A DNA stretch of 64,000 nucleotides. It comes from Spirochaetota bacterium. Its GTDB lineage: Bacteria; Spirochaetota; UBA4802; UBA5550. A program made the position numbers and the translations under genes. The stretch covers positions 704,001 through 768,000 of the forward strand of contig OY760686.1 of assembly GCA_963663865.1 (NCBI GenBank). Reading direction: 5' to 3'. Of this stretch, positions 10,086-20,115 are shown piece by piece; within the stretch, counting starts at the first letter, position 1, and every line of letters starts with the position of its first letter. The notes below the pieces were generated by a model that did no database searches, was not told the origin of the DNA, and saw only the letters and a program-made list of their open reading frames with translations.

Positions 10086-11465
10086 ATGGTACAGTTCAGA
10101 GGATATGAGGAACTCATCTCAAAGGTCTATGACGCTGAGAACGGCCACGTCTTTACATTCTGGGATGAGCTCAGCGAAAAGGAGAAGCTTACTCTGCTGG
10201 CTGACCTTGAGAAGGTCGACTTCAGGGAGATAACACGTCTGATGTCAGGCGACCTGTACGCCGACGAGCAGGAGTTCTCGCCGGCGCCGGGCATTACTCT
10301 TGCTGAAAGCGGGCCTTTCGCCAGCCGGTCTGAGGCCTTCACGGCCGGTGAGGAGTACATCGCTTCCGGACGAGTAGCGGCATTTGTCGTAGCAGGAGGC
10401 CAGGGCAGCCGTCTGGGATTTGACGGGCCCAAGGGTATGTTTCCGGCCGGCCCGGTCAGCGGCAGCACGCTTTTTGAGATATTTGCGGCCGGCATAAAGA
10501 AATCTTCTGAAAAATACGGCGTTGTGATTCCCTGGCTTATAATGACTTCGATGGAAAACCGGAGCGATATTGAAAGTTACTTCAGTGAGAATGACTATTT
10601 CGGCCTTGGCAAATCAAATATCTACATGTTCTCTCAGAAGCAGGTTCCTTCTCTTACCCTGGACGGGAAGCTTATTCTTGCTTCGAAAAACAGCCTTTTC
10701 AGGAACCCCGACGGGCATGGAGGAAGTCTGACCGCACTCAGGGATTCAGGGCTGCTTGATGAGCTGAAGTCGAGAGGAATTGATACTATTTCATACTTCC
10801 AGGTGGACAATCCTCTGGTTCGTGTAATTGATCCTTTCTTTATCGGACTTCATGCCGGGTCGGGGGCAGAGGTCTCAAGCAAGTATATTGAAAAAACCGA
10901 TCCTGACGAGAAAGTGGGAATATTCGTAAGGTTCTCACGCGGCCGTGCCGGGGTCGTTGAGTATTCAGACCTGACACCGGAAAGCGCCGTTGCCGTGGGC
11001 GAAGACGGAAGGCTCCTATACTGTGCCGCTAATATTGCCGTTCATCTTTTTGACAGAAAGTTTATTGAGAGAATAACCTCAGAGGGAGACGCGGGACTGA
11101 AGTATCACAGGGCAGCCAAAATAATTGAGTGCCTTCAGCCGGACGGCTCTATAGCGGAAATAAAAGGCTACAAGTTCGAGAAGTTCGTTTTCGACGCGCT
11201 TCCTTTAACAGATAAAAACCTTCTCGTTGAAACGGTACGGGAAGAGGAATTTGCCCCGATAAAGAACGCTGACGGTAAAGACTCGCCGGCATCGTCTCGC
11301 AAGCTGATGACCGGCCTTCACCGGCAATGGCTCCAGAAGAGGGGAATCGTCATACCTGCGGGGGTCAGGGAGATAGAGATATCACCTCTCCTGGCAGCAG
11401 GGCCGGAGGACATTGACCCGTCGCTTCAGCTTCCCGATCAGGAGAAGGTCTATATCAGGCCCTGA
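10086..11465 (+). CDS. UDPGP type 1 family nucleotidyltransferase (UAP1-like UDP-N-acetylhexosamine pyrophosphorylase)
   Basis: AGGQGSRLG..GPKG, PDGHGG, QVDNPL, EKVG, VEYSD, KFEKFVFDA, EEFAPIKN. Confidence 0.9.
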   Translation: MVQFRGYEELISKVYDAENGHVFTFWDELSEKEKLTLLADLEKVDFREITRLMSGDLYADEQEFSPAPGITLAESGPFASRSEAFTAGEEYIASGRVAAFVVAGGQGSRLGFDGPKGMFPAGPVSGSTLFEIFAAGIKKSSEKYGVVIPWLIMTSMENRSDIESYFSENDYFGLGKSNIYMFSQKQVPSLTLDGKLILASKNSLFRNPDGHGGSLTALRDSGLLDELKSRGIDTISYFQVDNPLVRVIDPFFIGLHAGSGAEVSSKYIEKTDPDEKVGIFVRFSRGRAGVVEYSDLTPESAVAVGEDGRLLYCAANIAVHLFDRKFIERITSEGDAGLKYHRAAKIIECLQPDGSIAEIKGYKFEKFVFDALPLTDKNLLVETVREEEFAPIKNADGKDSPASSRKLMTGLHRQWLQKRGIVIPAGVREIEISPLLAAGPEDIDPSLQLPDQEKVYIRP

Positions 11466-11511
11466 GCTGTGTTGAGCTAATATACCTGACGGGTTTGCCG
11501 TCAATCCAATG

Positions 11512-12147
11512 TCAGCTGAATCCCATGAGCTTGTGTAGCTGGATGTTAAGTCTCACTGGGAGCCCGTCCTCAAGAATGCCGGACACGAGCCTCGAACAGT
11601 CCATCATCCCGAAGACGGGAGAGACATTTAATACGCAGGGCGGTTCAGGTAAAAAACGGTTAATAAAGTCCCTGACAAACAGGTAATCCTCTTCGGTACC
11701 GACTACGAATTTAAGCTCATCGTGAGATGTGAGTTCAGTGAGGTTTTCATGAAGGAACGAGCCGGCTTCCATGCTGGATGGGCATTTAACATCGACTATT
11801 CTTCGGCAGTCCCTGCTTAGCCGCTTAATGGGAAGGCTGCCGTTTGTTTCAACCTGTACTGAATAGACTGCGGCTACAAGCCGGTGTACAAGCTCCGGCG
11901 TGTCATCCTGAAAAAGAGGTTCACCACCAGTGACGGTGACGTGATGGAAGGGCTGAAGCTTTTGCACCTCGCCGAGTATTTCCTCGATCTCCATGAAGGA
12001 GCCGCTGCCCCGATCGCGCGCCCTCTCAGTGTCGCAGTAGGCACAGCGCAGGTTGCATCCGGCAAGCCTTATGAACACTGAGGGGAAACCTGCGGTAGTG
12101 GTTTCCCCCTGGAGTGAACGGAATATTTCATTTATCTCAATAGACAT
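11512..12147 (-). CDS. queE: 7-carboxy-7-deazaguanine synthase (radical SAM)
   Basis: EIFRSLQGE, FIRLAGCNLRCAYCDT, TGGEP, VETNGS, DELKFVV, QLHK; start moved to ATG at 12147. Confidence 0.9.
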   Translation of the reverse strand: MSIEINEIFRSLQGETTTAGFPSVFIRLAGCNLRCAYCDTERARDRGSGSFMEIEEILGEVQKLQPFHHVTVTGGEPLFQDDTPELVHRLVAAVYSVQVETNGSLPIKRLSRDCRRIVDVKCPSSMEAGSFLHENLTELTSHDELKFVVGTEEDYLFVRDFINRFLPEPPCVLNVSPVFGMMDCSRLVSGILEDGLPVRLNIQLHKLMGFS

Positions 12148-12148
12148 A

Positions 12149-13558
12149 TTAAAAAAGAGTGCGGTAGTTGACGAAAGTCTTTTCCCCTTTCTTAATCTCA
12201 ACATTCTCAGTCTCTGTGCGTATTACATTGCCGTTAACGCCAACAAAGTTAAGTGTTAATGAGTGTTTTCCCGGCGGCAGGAAGATGCGCTCAAGCTGCA
12301 GGTTCGCCGGGAGAGTGTGCCAGCACCTCAGGTCGGGCTTTATCTGTGAGATAAGGGCGGCGGCTGTTCCGGCGCCTGCCGCGGCTCCTATGAGTCCCGA
12401 AAAGGCCTTGAGATAATCGTTGTCTGTGCTTTCAGCTATAGCTTTTGCCGCCATTCCGGCCGCTACTGATGCCGCCGCCTTGGCTACGACGCCCGCTGCA
12501 ACCTTTGCGTAGAGCCTGTTGTAGTCATCACGCAGGTTGTTGACTGCGGTGGTTTCAATATCCTCAAGGAGCAGAGTGTTCCCGAGAACACGTCCGTTTC
12601 CGTCGGTCAGTCTGATGCTTCTGACCTGGTTTGAGCGGCGGACGAATTTTGGTATGGGATTTTCCGCCTTACGCAGCGCAGCTGCAACGGCGGCTATGGT
12701 GACCCCGGCCTGGAGATTTTTTGTTCTGAGAGCTATGTTTATTGCCTTCGACATGTTGGCGTCACTCATAAGGTTCCCGCGTGATTGTTTGACGGCACCG
12801 CGGCCCGCCTGGTATATTACTATCAGCTCACCGCTGTCCGCATTGATGTTGTCTTTCCTGCCAAACCTTTTGATCCACGCCGCGTAATCGTCGTTGTAGC
12901 GGAGTTTTTTTGCTATGCGCTGAAGGTCTCGGTGGACGGGGCTCAGACCGGGGGCGAGAGCGAGTATCTGCTTGTACTCAACATACGCGTAATCCCAGGC
13001 GCTGTCGTCTTTCTCGATATCGCCAGTGAGTTCGTAGGCAATGGCCGTGAGGTACTTTGCCATTATGTTCTGCTTGTACTGCCTGCCTGACTCCTTGCCT
13101 ATGCGGGCCAGCTCATCGTTTACCTTCTTGAACTCGACGCGGGCGCTCTCCGAATTTTTCATGATAAGGAAGTTTATTCCAAGATACATGTGGACGAGCA
13201 CCCTTTCGAAGTCTTCGCCCTTGTAATTGGTGGAGGTTTCGTTAATGAACAGCGACGCTGCCTGCCTTGTTACGCTTGTTGCCGCATTGTCGGTTATCTG
13301 TGCGGCGGCCAGAAACACTTCCGCGCTCTTGTCATATTCTTCAGCTGTGTGAAGCATGAGCCCTGCTTCCATGAGGAAGAGGAGCTGGTCTTTCCCTTTT
13401 TCGTTAATGAGCGGGAGGAAATGCCTTGCCGCCCCTGAGGGATCGCCTGAGTAGTATTTCCTCTCCGGCTCTTTTATCAGCTGCGGATAGTTCGCGGAGG
13501 AGCAGGCTATAAAAGCTCCTGTAAGTAAAGTAAGGAATGCTGCCGCGATTTTTTTCAT
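12149..13558 (-). CDS. COG3014-like TPR lipoprotein
   Basis: Lipobox FIAC; YKGEDFE..L.H.Y.G.N.L, ARVEF, PDLRCWHTLP motifs. Confidence 0.7.
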   Translation of the reverse strand: MKKIAAAFLTLLTGAFIACSSANYPQLIKEPERKYYSGDPSGAARHFLPLINEKGKDQLLFLMEAGLMLHTAEEYDKSAEVFLAAAQITDNAATSVTRQAASLFINETSTNYKGEDFERVLVHMYLGINFLIMKNSESARVEFKKVNDELARIGKESGRQYKQNIMAKYLTAIAYELTGDIEKDDSAWDYAYVEYKQILALAPGLSPVHRDLQRIAKKLRYNDDYAAWIKRFGRKDNINADSGELIVIYQAGRGAVKQSRGNLMSDANMSKAINIALRTKNLQAGVTIAAVAAALRKAENPIPKFVRRSNQVRSIRLTDGNGRVLGNTLLLEDIETTAVNNLRDDYNRLYAKVAAGVVAKAAASVAAGMAAKAIAESTDNDYLKAFSGLIGAAAGAGTAAALISQIKPDLRCWHTLPANLQLERIFLPPGKHSLTLNFVGVNGNVIRTETENVEIKKGEKTFVNYRTLF

Positions 13559-13705
13559 TTGATTACCTCAAGTCGATTAATGTCTGTTGGCTGAAAGCTG
13601 TCTTCCGGGTCCCCCTGTAGCGGCGGCCGATTCAGCTTTCTTTACGAGTCATGAGCTGTGCTATGCTCTGCTATTACGGCATTGGCCGCAAATAGTCATA
13701 TGATA

Positions 13706-14479
13706 TCAGAAAAATGTTCCGATAGAGATTGCCGCTCTCTTGTGCGTGTAGTTGAGTTCTTCTTCAAAGTCATTAACTATCTTTCCCTTGGTTACGGTGT
13801 AAGATATCTCAAACTGAATACCATAGAGGTAGACCCCGGCAGCCAGGCCGTAGTGGAAGCCTCCCTCTCCGTCTGAATAGGTCTCGTCGTTGACTGTCAG
13901 GGACGAAACGGCATTGTAACCTGCTAAAAATGAGACATAGGGGCTTATCTCTGAAGAGGAGAAGTATATCTTTCCGCCCAGATAAATCGGCATGTAAACC
14001 AGTTCATAGGAGTATGATATTTCACTGTATTCCTGCTTGTCCATTACTATATCGAGCCCTATTATTATTGAGAAATAGGAACTCGCGGGTAATAGCAGTT
14101 CGAGTCCGCAGTTCCAGGAGTATCCGTCGGTGTTCTCTGTATAGTTGGTGCCGGTGTCGGCGTTTTCGAAGGCATTGGAGTATCCGTATCCGAGTTTGAC
14201 GCCGAAGGTCCCCTTTCTCGCTGAAGATGAGCCTGTCGTGGAGGCCGTGTTCGAACGGGCTGTTCTTTGCCTCTTAATTCGTTGTTCCCGGGCGGTATCG
14301 GCCGGTGATGTGGAAGAGGACCCCGGGCTGTCAGGAGTTTCCTGAAAGGCGGTATCTCCCTCTTTTTCGTAGGTTCGGTCGACAGGAATTGTCGGATCGG
14401 CAAAGAACCTCGCGTACTGTTCGCCGCACAGGGACAGAGTTATAGCGAGAGCAAGCAGAGTAATTCGGAATTTCTTCAT
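13706..14479 (-). CDS. Putative outer-membrane beta-barrel protein with low-complexity N-terminal linker
   Basis: Signal peptide MKKFRITLLALAITLSL, S/T-rich linker, amphipathic strands (YMPIYLGGKIYF, ISPYVSFLAGYN), C-terminal F. Confidence 0.65.
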   Translation of the reverse strand: MKKFRITLLALAITLSLCGEQYARFFADPTIPVDRTYEKEGDTAFQETPDSPGSSSTSPADTAREQRIKRQRTARSNTASTTGSSSARKGTFGVKLGYGYSNAFENADTGTNYTENTDGYSWNCGLELLLPASSYFSIIIGLDIVMDKQEYSEISYSYELVYMPIYLGGKIYFSSSEISPYVSFLAGYNAVSSLTVNDETYSDGEGGFHYGLAAGVYLYGIQFEISYTVTKGKIVNDFEEELNYTHKRAAISIGTFF

Positions 14480-14967
14480 TTTATCTCCCCGGTAATTATC
14501 TTGCGTCAAAATGGAGTGTCGATTCTATCTAAACCGGATGAATGCGTCAATTAGTTTTTAGCCCGGCTGTGCTGTGAATATAATTGAGAGCCTGAATGAG
14601 AATTGGACTCTGTTGATTCTATTCTGTTAAGTTTGGACATTAACAATCTCGATTGCCAGGATTAAAAAGTTATATAAATATAACATATATACAAATTATA
14701 ACAAAAAGATAGATGGCTTAAATTTAACCAGCTATTAGTTCTTCTTCACATGCATGAATATAGTTCCCAGAGCATCAATTGATTATTTTGATGCATTTTT
14801 TCAAAAAAAAGTCGTGAAATAGTCCTCCCTTGTCGGGGAGGACGACAGGTATTGAGTTGATATGGTAAGAATAGATCGCATGAGAGTTTTATTTGATTCT
14901 CCTGGGGGAGAGGATTATTATATTTGGGTTCATGGGAATAAAATGCTGGTTGGTGGTTTAACGTATT

Positions 14968-16209
14968 ATGCTACCTAAATTAAATCATTACGATTCCCTT
15001 CCTGGGGTTGTTGTAAACCCGGCGTGTGCGATTGTAATCGGCAATGAGTATTTTGAAATATCAATCAGGCACATTACAGTTGATGCGGGAATAAGAGTAC
15101 TCTCCAAGGTTTTTTCTCGCTCTGCAGGTGTTCCCGGGGACATCGAAAAATGGCTGTGTTTAAATATGGTCAAAGATGTGGCAATACAGGGAGACGGAAA
15201 CAGCTGGAGGATGATCTGTGATAGACTTGAGAATTCCTTTTCTCTTCATCTTACTCACTGCAACGATCTTTTACCGATGGTCGGATTTAACCTACATAAA
15301 AATGAATCAGAAAAAATAGCCGAGCTTCTCCAGTATGGTCTTTTAAAGACAAAATTTATTCCTGACCGATTTACCCGAGAACTTCAGGACATGACGAGAA
15401 TGAGGGAGGAGATAATAGAAAGAATTTCCATGTTGAAATGCAGGATTAGGCTGATTCTGGAGGAAAGTGGAATTTCTCCTTCTCTACTCAGGAGTTTTAA
15501 AGGGATGCTGGATGGGAAAAACAGCGGTTTATATCAAGATGAAAAAGGTTTCACCAAAATTGTTAACTCCAGCTCTGTTTCTGAAAATAAAAAACTAATT
15601 CTGAATATATATGCTTCTGATTTGAGCAAGGCGGAAATGAGTTTTAATCAGATTTCAAACTCAATTGCTGTAATGGACAGGAAATACAGCAATTATATTA
15701 CAAGACTTATAGAAATACCTGGTCTTATAAAAAGATATGCTGAGCGAATAGTGGCTGAAACAGGGACCAATTATGAATGTTTTGACTCATATGAGGATTT
15801 GTTAACCTGGGCTGGTATGGTTCCTTTTTTAGACAATAAAAATTCTAAAAAGGATACTGGGAAAATAGGCAAAAGCGGGAGAGAGTGGTTCAAACGGGCA
15901 ATTACTGATTCTGCGATTGGAGTTGTGAATGCTGGTAGCAGAACTATTTCAGGTAAGTATAAGGAACTCCTTCATAAGTATGGGGTTAGGAAGTCAATGC
16001 TATTTATGGAACAGGCCATTGTATATCTGGTTTTCCGGATTATCAAAGAGGGCAAGAGATATCATGAACTTGAAAAGGATATTCAATCTTCTTTTTTCTT
16101 AAACCAGTCTTCGGGATCAGTCCAGTTGAAAGATGGAAAAGCTTTAGCGGCGCCCTGTCTTGGAAATAAAATCAATTTTAACGAAACCTGGAGGCCGGAT
16201 AGTGATTAA
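14968..16209 (+). CDS. IS110-family recombinase homolog with catalytic residues substituted
   Basis: Retains IS110 scaffold motifs (IAELLQYGLL..FIP..RELQDMTR.R, L.EIPG....AE.IVAETG, F....L..WAG..P, G..Y.EL) but the DEDD and Ser positions read V/Q/H/E and K. Confidence 0.8.
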   Translation: MLPKLNHYDSLPGVVVNPACAIVIGNEYFEISIRHITVDAGIRVLSKVFSRSAGVPGDIEKWLCLNMVKDVAIQGDGNSWRMICDRLENSFSLHLTHCNDLLPMVGFNLHKNESEKIAELLQYGLLKTKFIPDRFTRELQDMTRMREEIIERISMLKCRIRLILEESGISPSLLRSFKGMLDGKNSGLYQDEKGFTKIVNSSSVSENKKLILNIYASDLSKAEMSFNQISNSIAVMDRKYSNYITRLIEIPGLIKRYAERIVAETGTNYECFDSYEDLLTWAGMVPFLDNKNSKKDTGKIGKSGREWFKRAITDSAIGVVNAGSRTISGKYKELLHKYGVRKSMLFMEQAIVYLVFRIIKEGKRYHELEKDIQSSFFLNQSSGSVQLKDGKALAAPCLGNKINFNETWRPDSD

Positions 16210-16309
16210 TTTCTATAAACTTGGGAATTATCAATATGGAGTTATCTTCGTTTCTGAATTGATTTTATCAAATATTTTTATAATCTATTTTAGGAGGAGG
16301 ATTTTTTTG

Positions 16310-18481
16310 ATGAAAAAAATTCTGGTACTTTTAAGTCTCTCCGCAGCTTTTTTCTTTGGTTGTGGGGATGACGGAGACGACTCGAAGGAAGTGGTTGATG
16401 ACACCTGTGTAAGTGTGTATTGTGATGATTCTGGATCACTGGTGCAACCTGAGATAGGTGTGAAAACCGGCAGCGGGAAAACAGTAATAACTGTTGATGG
16501 CTATCAGTTCAAAGATTCAAATGGTAATGGGAGTCTGGATGTTTATGAGGATTGGAGACTTTCGGTTTCCGAGAGAGCTGAGGATCTCGTAGCCAGAATG
16601 ACTGCTAATGAGAAGGCAGGATTCATTAATGCTCCCAGCGTAAGCGGACAGACTACTACAGGATCTCTCAAGAACGAAGACGGTACCTGGATTGAAGATA
16701 ATTCAGGTTATAGAGCTATTACAACGCTATTCAGAAGATTCGGAATGCTCACTTTGTCAGCTTCCTCTGAGCCGGAACGGATTGCGACTTATAATAACAG
16801 TCTAAATGAAATCTGTGAAGGTGTATTGCGGGAGGACGGTTCACTCGGACTTGGAATTCCATTTGTCACTTGCACGAATCCGACGCACGGAACGAACTCA
16901 AACTCAACAGTTCTGGTGTCAGCATGGCCGTACGCGATTGGCCTTGGCGCCATTACTGATCCGGCTGTTATTGAAAAATATGCATTAACGGTGAGGGCTG
17001 AGTTGGCAGCGCTGGGACTCCGTTCTTATTACGGACCGCTCGCAGATGTTGCAACCGAGCCCAGGTGGCAGCGGCAGCAGGAAACCTTCGGCTCAAGTCC
17101 TGAAAGAATAGCTGTATATTCTAATATGGTTATCAGAGCGCTTCAGGGAGGAAATTCACTCAAGCCGGGAGGAATAGTATGCGCGATCAAGCATTTTCCC
17201 GGACATGGCGCCCAAATTAAGGGATTTGATTCTCATTACAAAATGGGAAAATATACAGTTAACCCGGGAAACAACTTTGATATGCATGCTTATCCTTTTG
17301 AGAAGGCATTCAGAGAAGTTAATCCGGCTGCATGTATGCCATGTTATTCGATTTACAGAGATCAGCCTTTTGAACAGGTCGCTGCTGGTTTCAACGCTGA
17401 GATCATGAATGAATTAGGCCGTGATCAGCTTGGGTTTACAGGCTACTATACTTCAGACTGGGGATTGTTCGGGATTGGTGGAGGAGTGGATTCACTTCCT
17501 AATTCAGGAACATTCGCAGCATGGGGGGTTGAGGGGCTGACTTTGCCGGAAAAAATAGGGAAAGCTATGGAAGCCGGAATGGATCAGCTTGGTGGTCACG
17601 GGTCAATAATGGATATTATTGATGCGTTGAGCTACGGATATCTTTCTGAAGAAACTCTGGACAGGGCGTGTGCAAGTATCCTGAAAGGCTATTTCACAAT
17701 GGGTCTGTTTGAGAATCCTTATGTTGATGTGGATGCCGCAGGTACTATTTGTAATAATGCTGAAAGTCAGGCTGCAGGCCTCGATGCAATGCACAAATCA
17801 ATTGTTCTGGTAAAGAACAGTGGCAGCACGCTGCCGGCTGCATCGGGGATCAGTATTTATTACGATGGTACGGTAGATGGATCGGATGCAGCCCAGGCGA
17901 CATTTATCAATGAAACGTATGGTGCAACTGCAGTATCTGATATAACGCTGGCTGACATTGCCGTAATAAGGATAAACGGTCCTGTGATTAGCAGGTTCTA
18001 TCCCAATAAACCGACATTTTTGGGTTACGTTGGTGCAAGCAGCCGTTCACTCCAATATTTAGATGAAGAGCCGGACGCAGAGTATGGCGGTTTATACACC
18101 GAAGATTACACTGATCCTCTTGGCAACGTCCATTATGGAGTAATGAAGTCAGACACCATCGGAGAGTTTGAGAAGATCCTAAACGCAAAAAAAGCCATTA
18201 CAGACGCTGGAGCTTCTACCAAACTTGTCGTACTTGTTAATGCCGACAGGCCTCTGGTAATGAAAGAGTTTATAGATTACGTTGATGCCGCTTTCCTGAC
18301 ATTTGGTGCCAGCGATCGTGCAGTTCTCGATCTGGTATTCTCAAAAGATGGGCTTAAACCTACAGGAGTTCTTCCCTTTGAGCTGCCATCTTCAGATACG
18401 GAGGTTGAAGCACAGTTGGAAGACCTTCAGGATGATACAGATGCTCCTCTATACAAGGCAGGTCATTACCTGACTTATTAA
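16310..18481 (+). CDS. GH3 glycoside hydrolase lipoprotein (paralog 1)
   Basis: RBS AGGAGGAGG, lipobox FFFGC, FKDSNGNGSLDVYEDWRL, ADVATEPRW.R..ETFG, KHFPG, nucleophile SDWG. Confidence 0.92.
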   Translation: MKKILVLLSLSAAFFFGCGDDGDDSKEVVDDTCVSVYCDDSGSLVQPEIGVKTGSGKTVITVDGYQFKDSNGNGSLDVYEDWRLSVSERAEDLVARMTANEKAGFINAPSVSGQTTTGSLKNEDGTWIEDNSGYRAITTLFRRFGMLTLSASSEPERIATYNNSLNEICEGVLREDGSLGLGIPFVTCTNPTHGTNSNSTVLVSAWPYAIGLGAITDPAVIEKYALTVRAELAALGLRSYYGPLADVATEPRWQRQQETFGSSPERIAVYSNMVIRALQGGNSLKPGGIVCAIKHFPGHGAQIKGFDSHYKMGKYTVNPGNNFDMHAYPFEKAFREVNPAACMPCYSIYRDQPFEQVAAGFNAEIMNELGRDQLGFTGYYTSDWGLFGIGGGVDSLPNSGTFAAWGVEGLTLPEKIGKAMEAGMDQLGGHGSIMDIIDALSYGYLSEETLDRACASILKGYFTMGLFENPYVDVDAAGTICNNAESQAAGLDAMHKSIVLVKNSGSTLPAASGISIYYDGTVDGSDAAQATFINETYGATAVSDITLADIAVIRINGPVISRFYPNKPTFLGYVGASSRSLQYLDEEPDAEYGGLYTEDYTDPLGNVHYGVMKSDTIGEFEKILNAKKAITDAGASTKLVVLVNADRPLVMKEFIDYVDAAFLTFGASDRAVLDLVFSKDGLKPTGVLPFELPSSDTEVEAQLEDLQDDTDAPLYKAGHYLTY

Positions 18482-18505
18482 GAAAGACTATTCTGAAGTA
18501 TTCCT

Positions 18506-18537
18506 GCTCCCCGGCATTTCCTGTCGGGGAGTGTTTT
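18506..18537 (+). terminator. Rho-independent terminator after GH3 paralog 1
   Basis: CTCCCCGGCA-loop-TGTCGGGGAG followed by TGTTTT. Confidence 0.65.
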
Positions 18538-18701
18538 AGAAAATATCTGAAACTGCCAGCCAGCAGTTGGCAGATGTGGATGAGGTAAGTCTGAGTTTCT
18601 GTGTCGATATATTTGCTTTGGGGTTGAATCTGTCATACTTTCTTGATGCCATCGGGTTTCTGAAAAAACTAAAATTCAGCGTTGTGGATAAAGTCGAAAT
18701 A

Positions 18702-19898
18702 ATGATTAAGTATAATATAATTACGATAATAGCAATACTCGGATTTGGTCAGGGAGTATTTCTTGCAATTGTTCTGGCAACATCAAAGCAGAACCGTCAG
18801 TCCAACAGGATACTATCAATTTTTATGTTGATACAAGCCGTTGTTTTAGCTTCAAACTGTGTTTTTTCGCCGGATGTTCAGTTGAACCTGCCGCATCTTT
18901 TACGAATCGACTGGCCGCTCTCAATGGCTTTTGGGCCTATTTTTTATTTTTATTATTCCTCCATTCTTGAAAAAAATTTCAAGTTTAAAGCTTACCATAT
19001 TCTTCTTTTTATTCCATTTTTTTTATCAGTGCTGTTTCTAATGCCTCTGTTCGTTCTGGATGGACCCACCAAAACAGATATTCTGAATGCATCTCACAAT
19101 GGAAGAACTCCATCTTCATTAACCTCATATTCCTGGAGTTTCAAATATTTAGTTCCAGCACTTCAGATACAGATGGCTATTTATTGCGGGATATGTATCC
19201 AACGGATAAAGAAATACAGAAAAGAACTCTATAATTACAAATCAAATATCAGCAAAGAGAGTCTTTCCTGGCTTTTATATCTTTCCATAATCATGATTAT
19301 AACTCACCTGTTTAATCTGGTTGGTTTTACTGCTACAGTTTTTTTTGGTAACAAGATAGTTCACCATTCTTATTTAAGCGACAGTCTTGGCGCTATGGTA
19401 GCGCGTAATATAGCCCCTCTTGAGTTTGCTTTGCTCACATACATGATTGGTTATAAAGCCTTAAAACAAAGTGAACTATCTATGATCAGAGAAATCACGA
19501 AGACGCAGAGGAAATATGAGAAGTCATCCTTAACCGATGAAGAGAGCAAAACTATTATGAGTGAACTTTCCACAATCATGACAGAGGAAAAGGCATATAT
19601 GGATTCGGAACTTAATATTGTTTCGCTTGCAGAAAAACTTTCGATCAGCCGACATCATTTGTCTCAGGTTATAAATAGACAGACTGGTAAAAACTTTTAT
19701 GAATATATTAATAACTATAGAATAAATGAAATAATATTTATGCTTCAGTCCGGATTTAATGAAAATAAAAATATTCTCGACGTGGCGTATAGGTCAGGTT
19801 TTGATTCCAAGTCTGCTTTTTACAAATATTTTCGAAAAATTACTGGAATGTCTCCCAGGGAATATATCACAACGAATAAAATGAACAACTTGCAATAA
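18702..19898 (+). CDS. Multi-TM membrane-anchored AraC-family regulator
   Basis: About 7 hydrophobic helices, KYEKSSL linker, HHLSQVIN..GKNFYEYINNYRI, SGFDSKSAFYKYFRKITGMSP. Confidence 0.9.
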   Translation: MIKYNIITIIAILGFGQGVFLAIVLATSKQNRQSNRILSIFMLIQAVVLASNCVFSPDVQLNLPHLLRIDWPLSMAFGPIFYFYYSSILEKNFKFKAYHILLFIPFFLSVLFLMPLFVLDGPTKTDILNASHNGRTPSSLTSYSWSFKYLVPALQIQMAIYCGICIQRIKKYRKELYNYKSNISKESLSWLLYLSIIMIITHLFNLVGFTATVFFGNKIVHHSYLSDSLGAMVARNIAPLEFALLTYMIGYKALKQSELSMIREITKTQRKYEKSSLTDEESKTIMSELSTIMTEEKAYMDSELNIVSLAEKLSISRHHLSQVINRQTGKNFYEYINNYRINEIIFMLQSGFNENKNILDVAYRSGFDSKSAFYKYFRKITGMSPREYITTNKMNNLQ

Positions 19899-19971
19899 AG
19901 GAAAGACCCAAGCAGTCTCAATTTTGATTGCAAAACAAATAAGCTTCCTAATGCAGGAAAATTCAGTTGCT

Positions 19972-19986
19972 TGAGAGCTGCTATCA
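19972..19986. promoter_or_regulatory. Palindromic operator candidate TGAGAGC-T-GCTATCA
   Basis: One mismatch from a perfect dyad, upstream of MerR-1; near-identical site at 23345. Confidence 0.45.
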
Positions 19987-20115
19987 GGTCGTAACAAGTA
20001 CTCATCAATTTATAAGGCATGATTATTTTTGTTCTTTTTCACAAGTTTATGGATGAATCAGTAAAAATTAATTAGATTTAACTGGTATGCTGTAAAGTAT
20101 GAGGTAGAAGAGAGA

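Noticed and set aside
14510-16290. Active IS110 insertion sequence
   Set aside because: Catalytic residues are absent and I see no second copy or definable ends in the window, so it is reported as a CDS rather than a mobile element.
2-18481. Functional link between ndvB and the GH3 cluster (beta-1,2-glucan recycling locus)
   Set aside because: They are separated by ~9.5 kb of unrelated housekeeping genes and nothing in the sequence indicates GH3 linkage specificity.
16160-18701. Longer TTG starts in the ORF track (16160, 18567)
   Set aside because: Downstream ATGs at 16310 and 18702 put the signal peptide or first TM at the N-terminus, and 16310 has a strong RBS.
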